A stretch of 64,000 nucleotides of DNA from Utricularia gibba. Lineage: Eukaryota > Plantae > Magnoliophyta. A program made the translations under genes and the position numbers. Within the stretch, counting starts at the first letter, position 1; every line of letters starts with the position of its first letter. The stretch spans positions 2,852,001-2,916,000 of the forward strand of contig CM007990.1 in NCBI GenBank assembly GCA_002189035.1, written 5' to 3'. Positions 51,278-64,000 of the stretch are shown here, piece by piece. The notes under the pieces are model-generated. The model saw only the letters and a program-made list of their open reading frames with translations, had not been told where the DNA came from and did not search any database.

Positions 51278-52150
51278 GTTGTGTATTTTTGTGTATAGTT
51301 TTTCTTTTTTTTTTTCCTTTTACCTTTAGATATACAAGGTCTGCAATTTCAAACTCCAGTGGTCTCCTATGTATCTTAGACCAACTTCCCATGCGGTCCT
51401 GCGCTGCGTTCATATTCTTTCGCACCACTTTCACCTTCTCCTTGGTGATTCCAATCTTTCTTTCTTCTTGTTTTTCTTTTATTTCCGTTTTACTGCAATT
51501 TTTCTCTGTTTTTCTGCATTCAGCTTCACCAAAGGGTCACCGAAGCTTGAGATCGTATCGAGACATCTTGTGCCCCTTAGATCCGGAGATTGAGCGCACA
51601 TTTCTGGCGAAAAAGAGGGAAAAAACTTCAAATCTATTTCCTGACGAAGAAATGGATGCTCAACCACCTATTGGAGTCCCCACAATGCATGGAGAATAAG
51701 AGCAACAACATCCGCAATTTTTTCCAGTTCTACCGATCACTAATCATGGCCCAGCACTAAGTACCATAAAAGAAGATATCACTGCTAGCCATGCTGACCG
51801 ACCACTTTGTATCATTTTTTATGCGGAAGAGGACTATGAGCTTCACCCATGATAAGAGGACAAATGGATGCCGCTTGTAATGGGTCATTACTACAGAATC
51901 GCCACAGCGCTGACGCCCGAAGATTGATAGAACAAATGGCTGCCAACTCTTATTCTACTTCCAGTCATTATGACTACTCATACCGAGTACCTGGAGGAAA
52001 TTCTCAACCTGTAAAATCAGTGTACGAAGTGGATAATTCTGAAGTTTTAGCTCAACTTGCTGCTATGACTGATACCTTGAAGCTTGGCTTCCAATCACCT
52101 CTGCAACAACAAGGAAGGTACCAAGGGTCTATGATACATGAGATGCCAGC

Positions 52151-53271
52151 TGATAATACACATTTTTCCTAAAATTCATAACACAAAATAGCTATATTTT
52201 ATCATGATTTAGGTTAGAGAAATGTGGTTTTTCATGCTTTAGTGGTGTTTATGTTAATCCTATGTGATTATGTTGAAAAGTGGACTAAATCAAAGGATTT
52301 AGTCCTTAACTCTTGTTACTAATGTTTCAGTAAATTTAGCAGGGAGATGAGCCGAAAATCAGACTTGCAAACATGTAACACAAGCAAAAAAGGGGCGCAA
52401 AATCCGGAGAAGGACAAAGAGAACTGTTCTGCCGCAACCGCAGTCTGCAAGTTTAGGCCGGGAACAGTGCTGGCGGTTGGGAACAATGCTGGCGGCCGGG
52501 AACAATGCTGACGGTCGGGAACAGTGCAATGGAGTGAAGGAAAGGGGGAAATTCATTTTTCAAAAAGAGCGCGAAGAAGCGACCAGGGGGGGGGGGGAAC
52601 GCAAGGGGTCTTCTCCCCCAACGGGATAAACACCAACCAGAAGGGGGAAGAAACGCCTCCATCATCAAGAATAGCACCGGAGCCCAGTCCAACGCTATTG
52701 TTCCGGGCTTTAAACATTAGCTAACGGGCGGAAGAACAATCTTTATTTACTTTCTAGTTTTCTGAACATTTCGACTTTATGCATTTTACTTGTTTACAAT
52801 GTTTCTGCCATATTGGCCAACTTATGTGAATGAAATCGTGTTTTATTTCTTAAGTATGAGTGGCTAGAGTCTTAGGGATGCCTTAAGGTGAAGTAGTGTG
52901 GTATGTGCTTAGAATGATGTTGAAATTTAGTTGTCTTGCTTAACTCTTGTTACTAACAAACCATGGGTAGACCTAAGAATCCTTAAGGCATCCTCGTGTT
53001 AGTCAGAGTCAAAACCAGTACCTGTTACCTTGGCGTAGAAACCTTATACTTCTTACCCACTGTTAGTCCGAGCTTAGACTAAGACCTACTGTTATCCCGA
53101 ATTATACACTCACTAAAACACTTGACAAGCACAAGCTCTTCGTGATCGACGCCGACATCCACTATACAAGTTTTCTAAATTTGTATTTTGTTTAGATTAG
53201 GGACTATAAATTTATTTGATACGGATTTTCTATTTTTATTTGCAACGATATTAGGATATTTCCGTTTATCA
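52151..53271 (+). mobile_element. Athila-type solo LTR (1121 bp) in Athila gag
   Basis: TGATAA...TTATCA termini, TSD CCAGC/CCAGT. Removal restores ...EMPVEEVNAFYQ. Contains about 3.6 copies of a 19-bp GC-rich unit at 52459-52527. Confidence 0.92.
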
Positions 53272-54879
53272 CCAGTAGAAGAGGTGAACGCCTTCTACCA
53301 GAACCAAGGAGTAAGTTACAACTATGGAAACTACCAAATACCGAGAAGAGATCATCCTGGTTTCTGTTGAACACAACCAGTACCTCCTAGTCAAGCCCCA
53401 TCACTAGGGAACCCTTCTGTTGTTACTCAGAAAACTCTCACTGCTCAACCTCAACCTTTACAAATTACTGGAGTTCTAGATAAACCTCTTGTTCCTTATC
53501 AGCCAAATCATAATCTGGAGTCCATGGTAAAGTCCCTTGCCGAAAGAACCACCAAAATGCATGCTGCGCAAAAAGATATGGATGGACGAATCACAAGCAT
53601 GCAAACTTAGATTACCCAGCTGGTGCATGCCAAGAACCAACTGGAGCACTGCCATCTCAGCCAGTGAAGAACCCAAAGCACATCAACCCCATATCCTTGA
53701 AGTGGGAAGGATCTACCGGAACGTTACTCATGGTTCATGACTAAGGTGGACAGATCTGAAGAAAAAGAACTTGAAGTCTTGGACGACGATGATGACATAG
53801 ATGAAGAGATTATTTTAGAGCGTCCTGATGATTCCCCAGTCCAGAACATTGCTGTACCAACGCCACCTGATGAAGTGAAGGAGAAGAAGCCGAAAGAAGT
53901 TGATCAACCCAAGTCTCTAGTCATTCCACCTCCATTTCCAATGAGACTTCGCAGGAAAAATAAGGACAAACGTGGACTGAAAGCATTCATGGAGGTAATG
54001 AAGAAGGTGAACGTGAACATTCCTTTGCTGGACATGATAGATCAAGTGGAAGAGGTAATTGCTTTGATTGAAAATATTTCAGCAATTATTCAGAGAAGGC
54101 TTCCACGAAAGTATAAGGACCCAAGTATGTTTTCCATACCTGTTACTATTGGTGAGACCAAAATTTCAGTGGCCATGTGTGATTTACGAGCATCGGTTAA
54201 TGTTATGCCTAGGTACCTTTATCTTTCTCTTGCATCTAAGCTAGGTAAACTTGAAACTATTAGTGTTGTTTGTCAATTAGTTGATTGATCATATGTAAAG
54301 CTTGATGGTAGAATTGATGATGTGTTTGTGCATAATAAAGATTTGATTTTTCCTGCTGACTTTTTAGGTATTCCCATGGAAAGGGAAAATCCCATGATTG
54401 CGGAGTCCATCATTTTGGGACAACCGTTTATGGCTACTGTAGGCATCAAAATTGATGTCCAACCCGGACTTCAGCCTGCAGTTCGATGCACAGGTGCTGG
54501 ACTTCAGCCTGGACAAAGCCATGCAATATCTGGAACAGATTAATGAGATTTGCTCAATATTGTCAGATGTAGAACACTTAGTGACGGTCCATGAGCAAGA
54601 TCCCTTGCTCAAATGCCTTATTAAAAACTTTGATTCTGATCGTATTTCTTTTTTTGATTCTGAATTTTTAAGTTATCTTGATTATTTTCCTGAAAAACCT
54701 GAATTTTCTGACGTTACTTTTCTGAGTTTAGAAATTCTTGAGAAATTGCTAATTCTTTCCGTTATTCATGCCCCATTACTAGAGTTAAAAACGCTGCCTG
54801 AGCATTTCAAATATTTATTTCTTGGTGAAAATGAGACTTTACCTTTATTATCCTGGAACAGGAGGAAAAACTCTGGAGT

Positions 54880-57412
54880 GTGCTCCAGGAGTACAAACAG
54901 GCAATTGGGTGGACATTGGCAAACATCAAAGGCATAAGCCCCTCCATATGCACACACCATATTTATTTGCAGGAGGGAACAAAGCCAATTCGTCAAACCC
55001 AAAAGAGATTGAATCCACCTATGATTGAAGTTTTCAAAAAGAAGATTCTGAAGTTGTTGGCCGCCGGTATAATATACCCTATCTCTGATAGTGAGTGGGT
55101 TAGCCCTGTGGAGGTTGTCCCTATCACAGTCATGGCCAATGACCAAGGGGAACTCCTGCCTACCAGAGTGCAAAATGGCTGGCGAATGTGCATAGATTAC
55201 TGAAAATTGAACGCAGCCACCAAGAAAGACCACTACCCACTTCCATTCATTGACCAAATGCTGGAAAGACTTGCTGGAAGGAGCCATTATTGCTGCTTGG
55301 ATGAATACTCTAGTTTCCATCAATTACCCGTAGCTCTTGAAGACCAATCTAAGGTTGTTTTCGTTTTCCCTTTTGGTACTTTTGCTTACCATAAAATGCC
55401 TTTTGGACTTTCCAATGCACCAGCAACATTTCGGAGATGCATGGTTAGTATTTTTTTTGAATATGTTGAGAATATTATAGAGGTTTTTATGGATGACTTT
55501 ACGGTTTATGAAAATAGCTTTGATGAATGCCTTGCTAATTTGTCCCTGATTTTGAAGCGTTGTGTTGAGACTAACCTTGTTTTGAATTATGAGAAATGTT
55601 ATTTCATGGTAGAACAAGGTATCATTTTAGGACATGTTGTTTCCCAAAAGGGAATTGAAGTTGACAAGGCCAAAATTGAGGTAATCCAAAAATTACCTTA
55701 TCCCACTTGTGTGAGAGATGTACGTTCTTTCTTTGGACCTGCTGGATTTTATCGTAGATTTATTCAAGATTTTTCGAAAATTGAATCTCCTCTATGTGGC
55801 TTGTTACATAAGGATGTTGAGTTTCATTTTGATGAAAAATGCATGCATGCTTTTGATGTTTTGAAAGAGAAGCTCATTTCAACTCCCATTATCCAAGCTC
55901 CAAATTGGAGTCTACCATTTGAACTAATGTGTGATGCAAGTGATGTAGCTCTAGGTCCGGTTTTGGGACAAAAAGTGGAGAAACAATCCCATGTTATCCA
56001 CTATGTGTCCAAGTGCTTTGATGATGCCCAAAAGAACTACACCACTACAGAAAAGGAGGTGCTGGCCATTATGTTTGCCTTGGAGAAATTTCGCTCTTAT
56101 TTGCTAGGACCCAAAGTCATAGTCTATTTGGACCATGTCGTATTGAGATACCTCCTCACCAAGATGGATTCGAAGCCTAGACTCATTAGAAGGATAAGAA
56201 AGGATGCAAGAATCTAGTAGCCGACCATCTTAGCCGCATCACTTCTGGAGAAAAATTGAGTCTCATCGATAACAGCTTCCCGGACAAACTATTCCTGATC
56301 CATGACAAGAGTCCTTGGTACGCTGACATCGTAAATTTTTTAGTGACTAGACAATTTCCTGCAGATTTCCAGCACTATCAGAAGTAGAAATTGCAATGTG
56401 ACAGCCTTAATTTCATCTGGGACAATCCATATCTCTAGAAAATTGGTTCTGATTAGATTATTAGAAGATGCATCCCCCAAGATGAAGTGCACTCTATTCT
56501 TTCCCATTGTCATGAGCTACCTTGTGGTGGACATTTTGGTGCAAAAGTTAGTGCAAAGAAGGTTCTGGAGGCTGGATTTTATTGGCCTACTATATTCAAG
56601 AATGCCTACCTTCATTGCAAGGCATGCCCAAAATGTCATAGAGGAGGAAATTTGGGATACAAGGATCAAATGCCCCTTCAACCCATTATCATGTGTGAGA
56701 TCTTTGATGCATAGGACATTGACTTCATGGGACCATTTCCCCTTCTCAAGGTAAGCTCTACATCCTTCTTGTTGTTGATTATGTTTCTAAATGGGTGGAG
56801 GTCATTGATTGTGAAAGGGATGATTCCAAAACCGTGGGTAATTTCTTGACTAACATTCTATTTCCTAGGTTTGGATATCCCAAGATTATAATTTTAGATC
56901 GTGGCACCCATTTTGTGAGTCATGCCATCAAGAGTGCTTTGGCTAAATATGGAGTCAACCACCGCCTAACAGCAGCTAGACATCCTCAAACAAATGACAT
57001 GGCGGAAGTGTCAAATAGGGAAGTGAAAAGGATCTTGGAGCGTACCATGAACCCAAATAAGCGAGATTGGAGCTCAAGGCTCAATGATGCACTATGGGCA
57101 TATCGTCCAGCTTACAAGAATCCTATAGGAATGTCTCCATACCGAATGATCTATGGTAAGGCATGTCATCTACCCTTTGAATTACATCACAAGGCATATT
57201 GGGTCGTCAAGTCATGCAACCTGACTAGTGATCAAGCTAGGGAGAGCAGATTTTTAGACCTAAATTAGATGGAGGAAATTCGCCTCAATGCCTGCACTAA
57301 CCAGCTCCTGCGTAAGGAAAAGGTAAAACGCTTCCATGATAGTAAGTTACATGAGAAGCAATTTTTAGTAGGCCAAAAAGTTCTCTTATTTGATACCACC
57401 TTGAAACTCTTT
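54880..57412 (+). pseudogene. Athila pol (RT, RNase H, integrase), disrupted
   Basis: IYPISDSEWVSPV, WRMCIDY, DHYPLPFIDQMLERLAG, VFMDDF, LMCDASD, GGHFG, DRGTHF, HPQTN, ending LKLFP; several stops and frameshifts. Confidence 0.92.
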
Positions 57413-57414
57413 CC

Positions 57415-59150
57415 TTGATTCTGATGTAACCTTGTTGCCTATGGCTATGCTGAAGTTCATTCGATTTTGCTTGCCATTGCTACTCATTTTGATTATGAGA
57501 TGTGGCAGATGGATATGAGAGGAAGTGTACATGACACAACTTGAAGGTTTTACACAAGATCCTAGTAAAGTGTGTAAACTGAACAAATCCATCTATGGGC
57601 TAAAGCAAGCTTCAAGTGGGAACATCAAATTTGATGAGACAATCAAAGAGTTTGGTTTGGCAAATTTGATGAACCTTGTGTATACAAGAAGGTAGATGGC
57701 TTGGCAATTGTATTTCTCATACTATATGTGGATGACATATTAGTAATGGGAAATGATGTTGCAATAATGCAATCAGTAAAAATCTGGTTATCCAAGAGCA
57801 TTTCATTGGAAGATCTTGGAGATGTGGTTTATATAAATGGCATAAAGATCTATAGGGATAGATCAAAGAGACATATTGGATTATCACAATCGACCTACAT
57901 CGATAGAGTGTTAAAGAGATTTAACATGGATGATTCCAAAAAAGGTTTATTGGCCATGACACATAGAGCACTATCAAAAGTGATGTGCCCCAAAATAGAA
58001 GAAGATAGGGATTAAATGGCTCGAATCCCACATGCTTCTCCTATTAGGTCAATAATATATACCACGTTGTGTACTAGACCAGATGTGTCATATGCTTTAA
58101 GTTTTACAAGCAGATATGAGTCGAACTCTAGAATGGATCATTGGACTGCACTCAAGAGCATTCTTAAGTACTTAAGAAGTACTAAAGACATGTTCCTGAT
58201 TTATGGTGGTCAAGATCTCGAAACTGGAGAATATGTTTCAAATCCCATTTGACTTGATGTCTCAATCAAGATACATATTTACCCTAAATGGAGGTGCAGT
58301 CACTTAGAAAAAGTCTAAGCAAGACTGTTCATTAACAATGGAACTCGGACGTCCATGGAGTACATAGAGTCCATTGGTATAAGATACATGATTGATTGGC
58401 TCTAGTACAAGTGGGAGATTGTTAGTGTATGTGTTCTATAGACAATCAACTCATTGGCAAATCTTATCTTTTGATATTTACTTTGAATTGCGATCAAATT
58501 TATATAATTGATAAAATCCTCTACTTGATCTATGTGCTATAGAAATTATGATGAGATCATAATGTGAGATTCCTCAAGCACTCATGATCAAGTTAAATCT
58601 CCCTAGCTAGAGTATTTGTGAAATGAAGATATCACAAATACGGATAAGATGGCACACATTGAGTTCCCTAAACAGTTTAGGCAATGTTTCTCACAATTAA
58701 TGTAATGAGATTACTAGAACTCAAAATAAAAGATCATATATAGATAAAATTTGGAACATATACATATCTCCACAAGATAAGATCTTTACGGAGATATGAT
58801 TTGATATGTTACCAAATATTTATCAAAAAGATTTAGATCTTGAGATCTTCTCGAAGGTCTTCGTGCTCTCTGAGATTGATCCACAAGGAGGCGTTTTTCT
58901 CTACTAGCACCTGAGAAATTCGACCAGCATTCAAGAGCCTTGAGATGGTTATGGACGTAGTGCTCCACGTGTGGATACCATAGAGACCGTCTGCTATTGG
59001 CGGTTGGTGAACAACGGAGTCATCTGAAAGGTACTTCGAACATCCCTATGTCTGATGTTTACCGTATTCCAAGATCTGCGTTGGGGGTTTCTCAAAATCT
59101 TTAAAATTCCGCTGCTTTTGAGACATACGATGTCTACGAGAAACCCAACA
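57415..59150 (+). mobile_element. Angela-type copia 3' fragment (RT/RH remnant, PPT, shortened 3' LTR)
   Basis: LILYVDDIL, IPHASPIRS, LCTRPDVSYALS; PPT AAGTGGGAGAT; LTR 58420-59150 TGTTAG...CCAACA. Confidence 0.85.
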
Positions 59151-59369
59151 GGCGCTGTATGGGAGGCAACCCATGACTTTAATTTCGTATCCGTTACTCT
59201 TTCCTCGTTTTTATCACCCACTACTCCAAGTTACTTTATTTTCACCTGCCCACACCACCACTTACTCCCTTAACTGTTTCTACTCTCAATCTCCCTTTTA
59301 TCTTTTGGAATTCCCATTTTACTGACCGTTACCGCACTTCGCTGTTGTGACTTGCGTTTCAATTCCTCT

Positions 59370-62300
59370 GCTTCTCTCGCCTGAAATTCTCCGATTCTCT
59401 GAATCTTCTGCTCACCATGTTTGGACACCCCGCCCCACATCTCCAGTTACCCGAAGCACAAGAGCTGCAAAGAGAGCAACTCGGAAGCGTCAACCAGCTG
59501 CCGCTGGACCATCCAGAAGGACCCAGCGGAAGCTTCTGTTCCCACTGAGCAATAGTCATCTCTAGGCGCTATGATGGAGTCTGTTCCGATTGAGGCCATG
59601 CCTCTCACCATTGTGTCTACGGTGCTGTACCTGGAGTGGTACCCAGTCCCTACCATTGCTGCTATTGCTACTGACGATCCGGAATCTTCAATGCCAAATT
59701 CCCCAGCAGCAATTTCTGTTCCTGAGAGCCCGCAGCCCACACAACCGAAGGAAATCGCTGGAGAAAAAGGTAGGGAACCAGAAATTCCTATTATTCACTC
59801 CAGTACAAGATGAAGATGCCACTGAGGAGGTCACCATCGACGAAGAGGTGGATCTATGGATTTCTGAAATGGAGTGTGCCGCTAATGAAGGGGCCTAGAG
59901 TTCCTTCCCAGAGAACAGGATGTAGATGAGGCAACTCAGCCCACACAGCGAGGAAAAGGGCAGCGTGGTAGCACAAAATTCTGGCGAGACAGAGCCTTGG
60001 AGTGCCCCGCCTGGACTCAACTGAAAAATACCATGACGTTTTCAGATAAGAATGCCCAACTTTTGTTTAATCTCCTCACTTCTCTCAGAATTTTGTTTGA
60101 TTTTAAATTGCATACGCCTACTTTGGTGCATTTGAATCTACTTGTTGATATTGATCGTTTATTTGATGCTTCTACTGAGTGACGTAGATTTTCTAAATTA
60201 GTCTTCCAGTTTATCCCAAACCTCTTTTCGAACTTTATACAACTTTTGTGTTTGAGGATGTGGCTGGAAATCCCCTTGCTGAAAATTTCATTTCTTTCCA
60301 CGTTGGAGGCAAAAATTTTCGTATGTCTATCAATGATTTTAATGTGGCTTTAGACTTTGTTTCTGAATCTGATTTAGCCACTACACGTTACGTCCAAGCC
60401 TCTTATGATTATCCTGAACATTTCAATGTGTTGAATGCCTATGCTTGCATGTCTGTCTGTGATCCCCGTATTCTGTACGCAAACTCAAGGCCATTACTTC
60501 ATGCCCCCTGCCCTTTTAGTGATGAGATCATGGATGCTACTGATTATTCCAATGAAGACAAAGTACACAAGATTAATAATTCTCCATTGATTTCAGTTGG
60601 GCCAATCACTAGATCAAGAGCAAGAATGAATCAAGAAGTGCTTAAGAGCTTATGGGCCAATCACCCAAGCTATGAGGTGTTTGGGATGGAATTCAACATT
60701 ATGAAAGTGGATCAACTTGATTAGATAACGCCCATTACGACCAAATACATTATTATGACTACTTTGCCTCCAATAACGCCCAACCCTTCAGCTATATAAG
60801 AAGGGTCTTACTCTTGTTTTGGACAACTTTGATTGTAATTACTTTTGAGATCAAATTCTCCTTCCTTTAGTTCTTGTAAAACTTAGACTTATCAAGCCTT
60901 GCTTGTGGTGTCTAGTATGTGGTTTATCACTCCCAATTCCTTCCTTAATTCTGTGAGTGTGGTACCATTTCATAGTTTGGGTTGCAAGGATTTTCCAATC
61001 CTTGAGGGCCAACTTCTTTTTTTGAAAAGTTGCTTCTTTTCAACCAAGATCTGGTTTGCCAATCACTTGTTGATTGGAGGGTTGTATTAGGTGGTATCAG
61101 AGCCAATCTTTCTCTTCTTGAGGTTGTATCAGGTGGTTTGCCAATCACTTGGTTTGCCAATCACTTGTTGTGGTTTCATTCTAAGAAAAAAAAAGAAACT
61201 AATCCAGATCTATCTTGATTTGGTTATCTTGTCTTTTGCTCATCTTTTCTTCTGAAAAGAAAAACCAAGGGGGTTTCTAACTTTGTTTCGTCCATCCTTT
61301 TTCTTCTGGATTGCTGCAAAAAGAAAAAAAAACGTGTTGAAGGAGAAAGAAGGTTAGCTGCCGAATTCATTGAATTTTCAACTTTTCACACACGAGAAAA
61401 GTCAATAAAAGGAGTTAGTCATTTGAATCCATTCAATCTTCTGATTACCAAACAAAAGAAAAGTCAATATTGTACAACTTTGTCTATTGTCACACTTATA
61501 TTACCTTTCAATTCTTTTCAATTATCTACCTACCTCTTTTGTGCTAGACACATCAAGTTACACTCTATATTTCCATTTTTACTCTTACCTAATCATAATT
61601 ACTATTACCATTACCGAATCCTATATTGTTCATTTGCAATATCTCACTCATTATCCTAGCCATCCTTATCCCTTTGAACCACACTTAGATTGATCATTTA
61701 AGGTTTATTGAGTCTTAAGATTCCAGAGGACTTGAGGTTTGGAAATTCTCTCCTTCTTCTTTTACTTCTATCCTCCTTTCATTGTTTTCTTTCCTTTCTT
61801 TTATAGTAGAATGTCAAGGTCTAACAACCCTGCAGAAGAATTAGGTGCTATGAATGTTCGTTTCGTACTTAATGCAATGCAAAGTGAATTTAGGAGACTG
61901 CAAAGATGCATGGAGCAAATCCATCTCAAACTAGAGGAACATGATGAATCTCTCAAAAACATCAAAAAGTAAGAAGAGGACAGAGTTTCGCATGGAAGAA
62001 CAAGAGTTCCAACACATCATATCAGAAGGAATTCTCAACTAGAAAAAGATTCGGAATCTGAGGCTGAAGAGGCAAGGCATGGTGAACAGAGGAGAAACAA
62101 TAACAACAGCCCTGATGAGTATGATTCATCTGGTGGTGATGATATAGAACGAAGATTTCAAAGAAATTGGAGGCCAAAACGTGGTGTGAGATATGGTGAA
62201 AGACCAAGAGGTAGACACACACGTGAACCCAAGGAATTTGAAAACATCAAGATGAAAATCCCTTCTTTTCAAGGAAAAAACGATCCAAATGCCTACTTGC

Positions 62301-63925
62301 AGTGGGAAACTCATGTGGAGCACGTGTTTGATTGCCATAACTATTCTCAAGCCAAGAAGATTAAGCTTGCTGTTGTTGAGTGAAAAGAAAGTGAAAAGAG
62401 AGTGAAAAGAAAGACGTGAATGAAGGAGTTGTAAAAAGAGTGTTACATGCCAGAAATCCCTTTCTTTTGCTCTTGTTTAAAGAGCCTTTGTCACACAACT
62501 CTAACCTACAAGAGAATCTTTCTACTTGTATTAAACTGGTTTTGCAGGAATTCAATGATGTTTTTCCTGAAGAATTACCTGGATTACCTCCATACCGAGG
62601 AATAGAACATCAAATTGACCTTGTTCCTGGTGCTCATGGCTAAGGGAATCCATGGCTAAGAACTCATGGCTAAGGGAATCCATGGCTAAGAACATCAAAT
62701 CTTTCTACCTATAGGGCCAACCCTGAAGAAACCAAAGAAATCCTACGCCAAGTAGAAGAACTCATGGCTAAGGGAATGGTGAGGGAAAGTGTGAGTCGAT
62801 GCTCAGTTCCAGTATTATTGGTGCCAAAACATGATGGAACATGGAGAATGCGCACTGATTGTCGAGCCATTAACCAAATAATGGTTAAGTAAAGTCATCC
62901 TATTCCTAGACTTGATGATATGTTAGATGAATTACATGGATCATGCATTTTCTCTATAATTGATTTGCGTAGTGGATATCATCAAATTAGGATGAGAAAG
63001 GGGGATGAATGGAAGGATGCTTTCAAAACTAAGTTTCGTTTATATGAATGGTTGGTTATGCCTTTTGGATTGACTAACGCACCTAGTACTTTTATAAAGT
63101 TAATGAATCATGTACTGCGTCCCTTCCTTGGTAGATTTGTTGTTTTATACTTTGATAATATTCTTGTGTATAGTAAGACACTGGATGAACATACATGTCA
63201 TTTACGTGAGGTGTTGCTCGTCTTTAGAAAAGAGTGTTTGTATGATAATATCAAAAAGTGCGACTTTTGCACAAACAAAATCTTTTTTCTTGGCTATATT
63301 GTAAGTGATTCAGGAATTTTAGTAGATGAAGACAAGGTGAAAGCAATTAGAGAATGGTCAACTCCTACCACAGTTAGAGAACTGCGCAGTTTTCATGGAT
63401 TGGCTAGCTTTTACCGTCGTTTTGTCAAGGATTTAGTCTTGAACTCCTACCACAATTGATTGGAGGGTCGTATCATTTAGTCTTGAACAGGTATTTGGGA
63501 GGTTGTTACAGTGCAACCCGACAAGGCACCAGCATCATTGCCAAGATGATCGTGTTCTTCTTGTGGGCGATGATGAAGAAGCTTCCAATCAACTTGGGAT
63601 GGTGGATTGCGACCCAAATGTATTCCATCACCGCTAACAATGAAAGAGTGGATTTGCTTCTCTCATCACCAGGCTTGCCCAACATCTCAAAATGAACCTT
63701 GACAAACAGACCCCTCAAGTAGATAATTATTTCCGTTATCTATATTTGGATGACTTGTTTTCTGGCAGCTACTTGAAGGAAGTTGAGGGAAGGCTGTTTT
63801 CGTGCAAGTGGGTACCAAGAGTATCATCACTTCCATGCCCCCCTCAATTGTGAATCTATCTGGTGCGCCAACAGACGTTCCTCTCACCACTGCACCTTCA
63901 AACCCCACCAAACACACCCTGCTGC
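59370..63925 (+). pseudogene. Athila ORF2 (env-like/accessory ORF) remnant, split by a CRM insertion
   Basis: FHVGGKNFRMSINDFNVAL before 60519 continues as LVLNRYL...FFLWAMMKKLPINLGWWIA after 63476. Confidence 0.6.
60520..63475 (+). mobile_element. Internally deleted CRM-type element (subfamily G)
   Basis: 5' LTR at 60520-61089 (GPITRSRA), PBS at 61092-61103, gag fragment (KMKIPSFQGKNDP), RT ([14 protein letters not shown]), then only 20 bp of the 3' LTR. Perfect TSD TTTAG. Confidence 0.92.
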
Positions 63926-63928
63926 TAG

Positions 63929-64000
63929 TGTTGTTGTAAGAAAAATAGAGTCTTGGGAAGTAACAAAAAGGTAATGCTTATGAGATCACCTTGGATGAAA
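63929..64000 (-). mobile_element. Copia LTR of the A-E family (B subtype), cut by the window edge
   Basis: TGTTGTTGTAAGAAAAATAGAGTCTTGGGAAG matches 12629 and 17542. Confidence 0.9.

Larger units (their letters stand above)
51140..63928 (+). mobile_element. Athila-lineage Ty3/gypsy element (decayed) with three nested insertions
   Basis: LTR tail to 51253 and tRNA-Asp PBS. Gag PLDPEIERTF and MDAACNGSL; PR-RT-RH-INT at 54000-57412; GGGAGGCAACCCA motif at about 59161; ORF2 remnants. Confidence 0.9.

Noticed and set aside
62633-62700. CRISPR-like repeat array
   Set aside because: Eukaryotic context, no spacers, and the units are traceable to neighbouring pol sequence.

Overview
AT-rich plant (probably eudicot) genomic DNA. 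Most of the window is nested and decayed LTR retrotransposons: at least seven pieces of one short-LTR Ty1/copia family (copies A-E, a 64-bp LTR stub and an LTR at the window end), about ten pieces of CRM-type centromeric Ty3/gypsy elements in two LTR subfamilies, an Athila element plus four Athila-type LTRs, Angela-type copia pieces, Tekay-like remnants and small TIR elements. One host gene looks intact: a two-exon CYP706-family cytochrome P450 on the minus strand (31248-32857, 513 aa). Features missed by the ORF track: (i) decayed exons of a SUMO/ULP (C48) protease, apparently FUG1-like, inside an AT-rich transposon-like segment; (ii) a telomeric TTTAGGG insertion beside the PBS of one copia copy; (iii) an integrase frameshift shared by two separately located young copia copies, implying mobilisation in trans; (iv) three locally templated filler scars in one CRM element; (v) same-family nesting, including a recombined young/old chimera. 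Boundaries, TSDs and alignments were read by eye. No database search was run, so lineage and family names come from recalled motifs. No CRISPR array, rRNA or tRNA gene was seen, and I cannot support a wholly new biological system.
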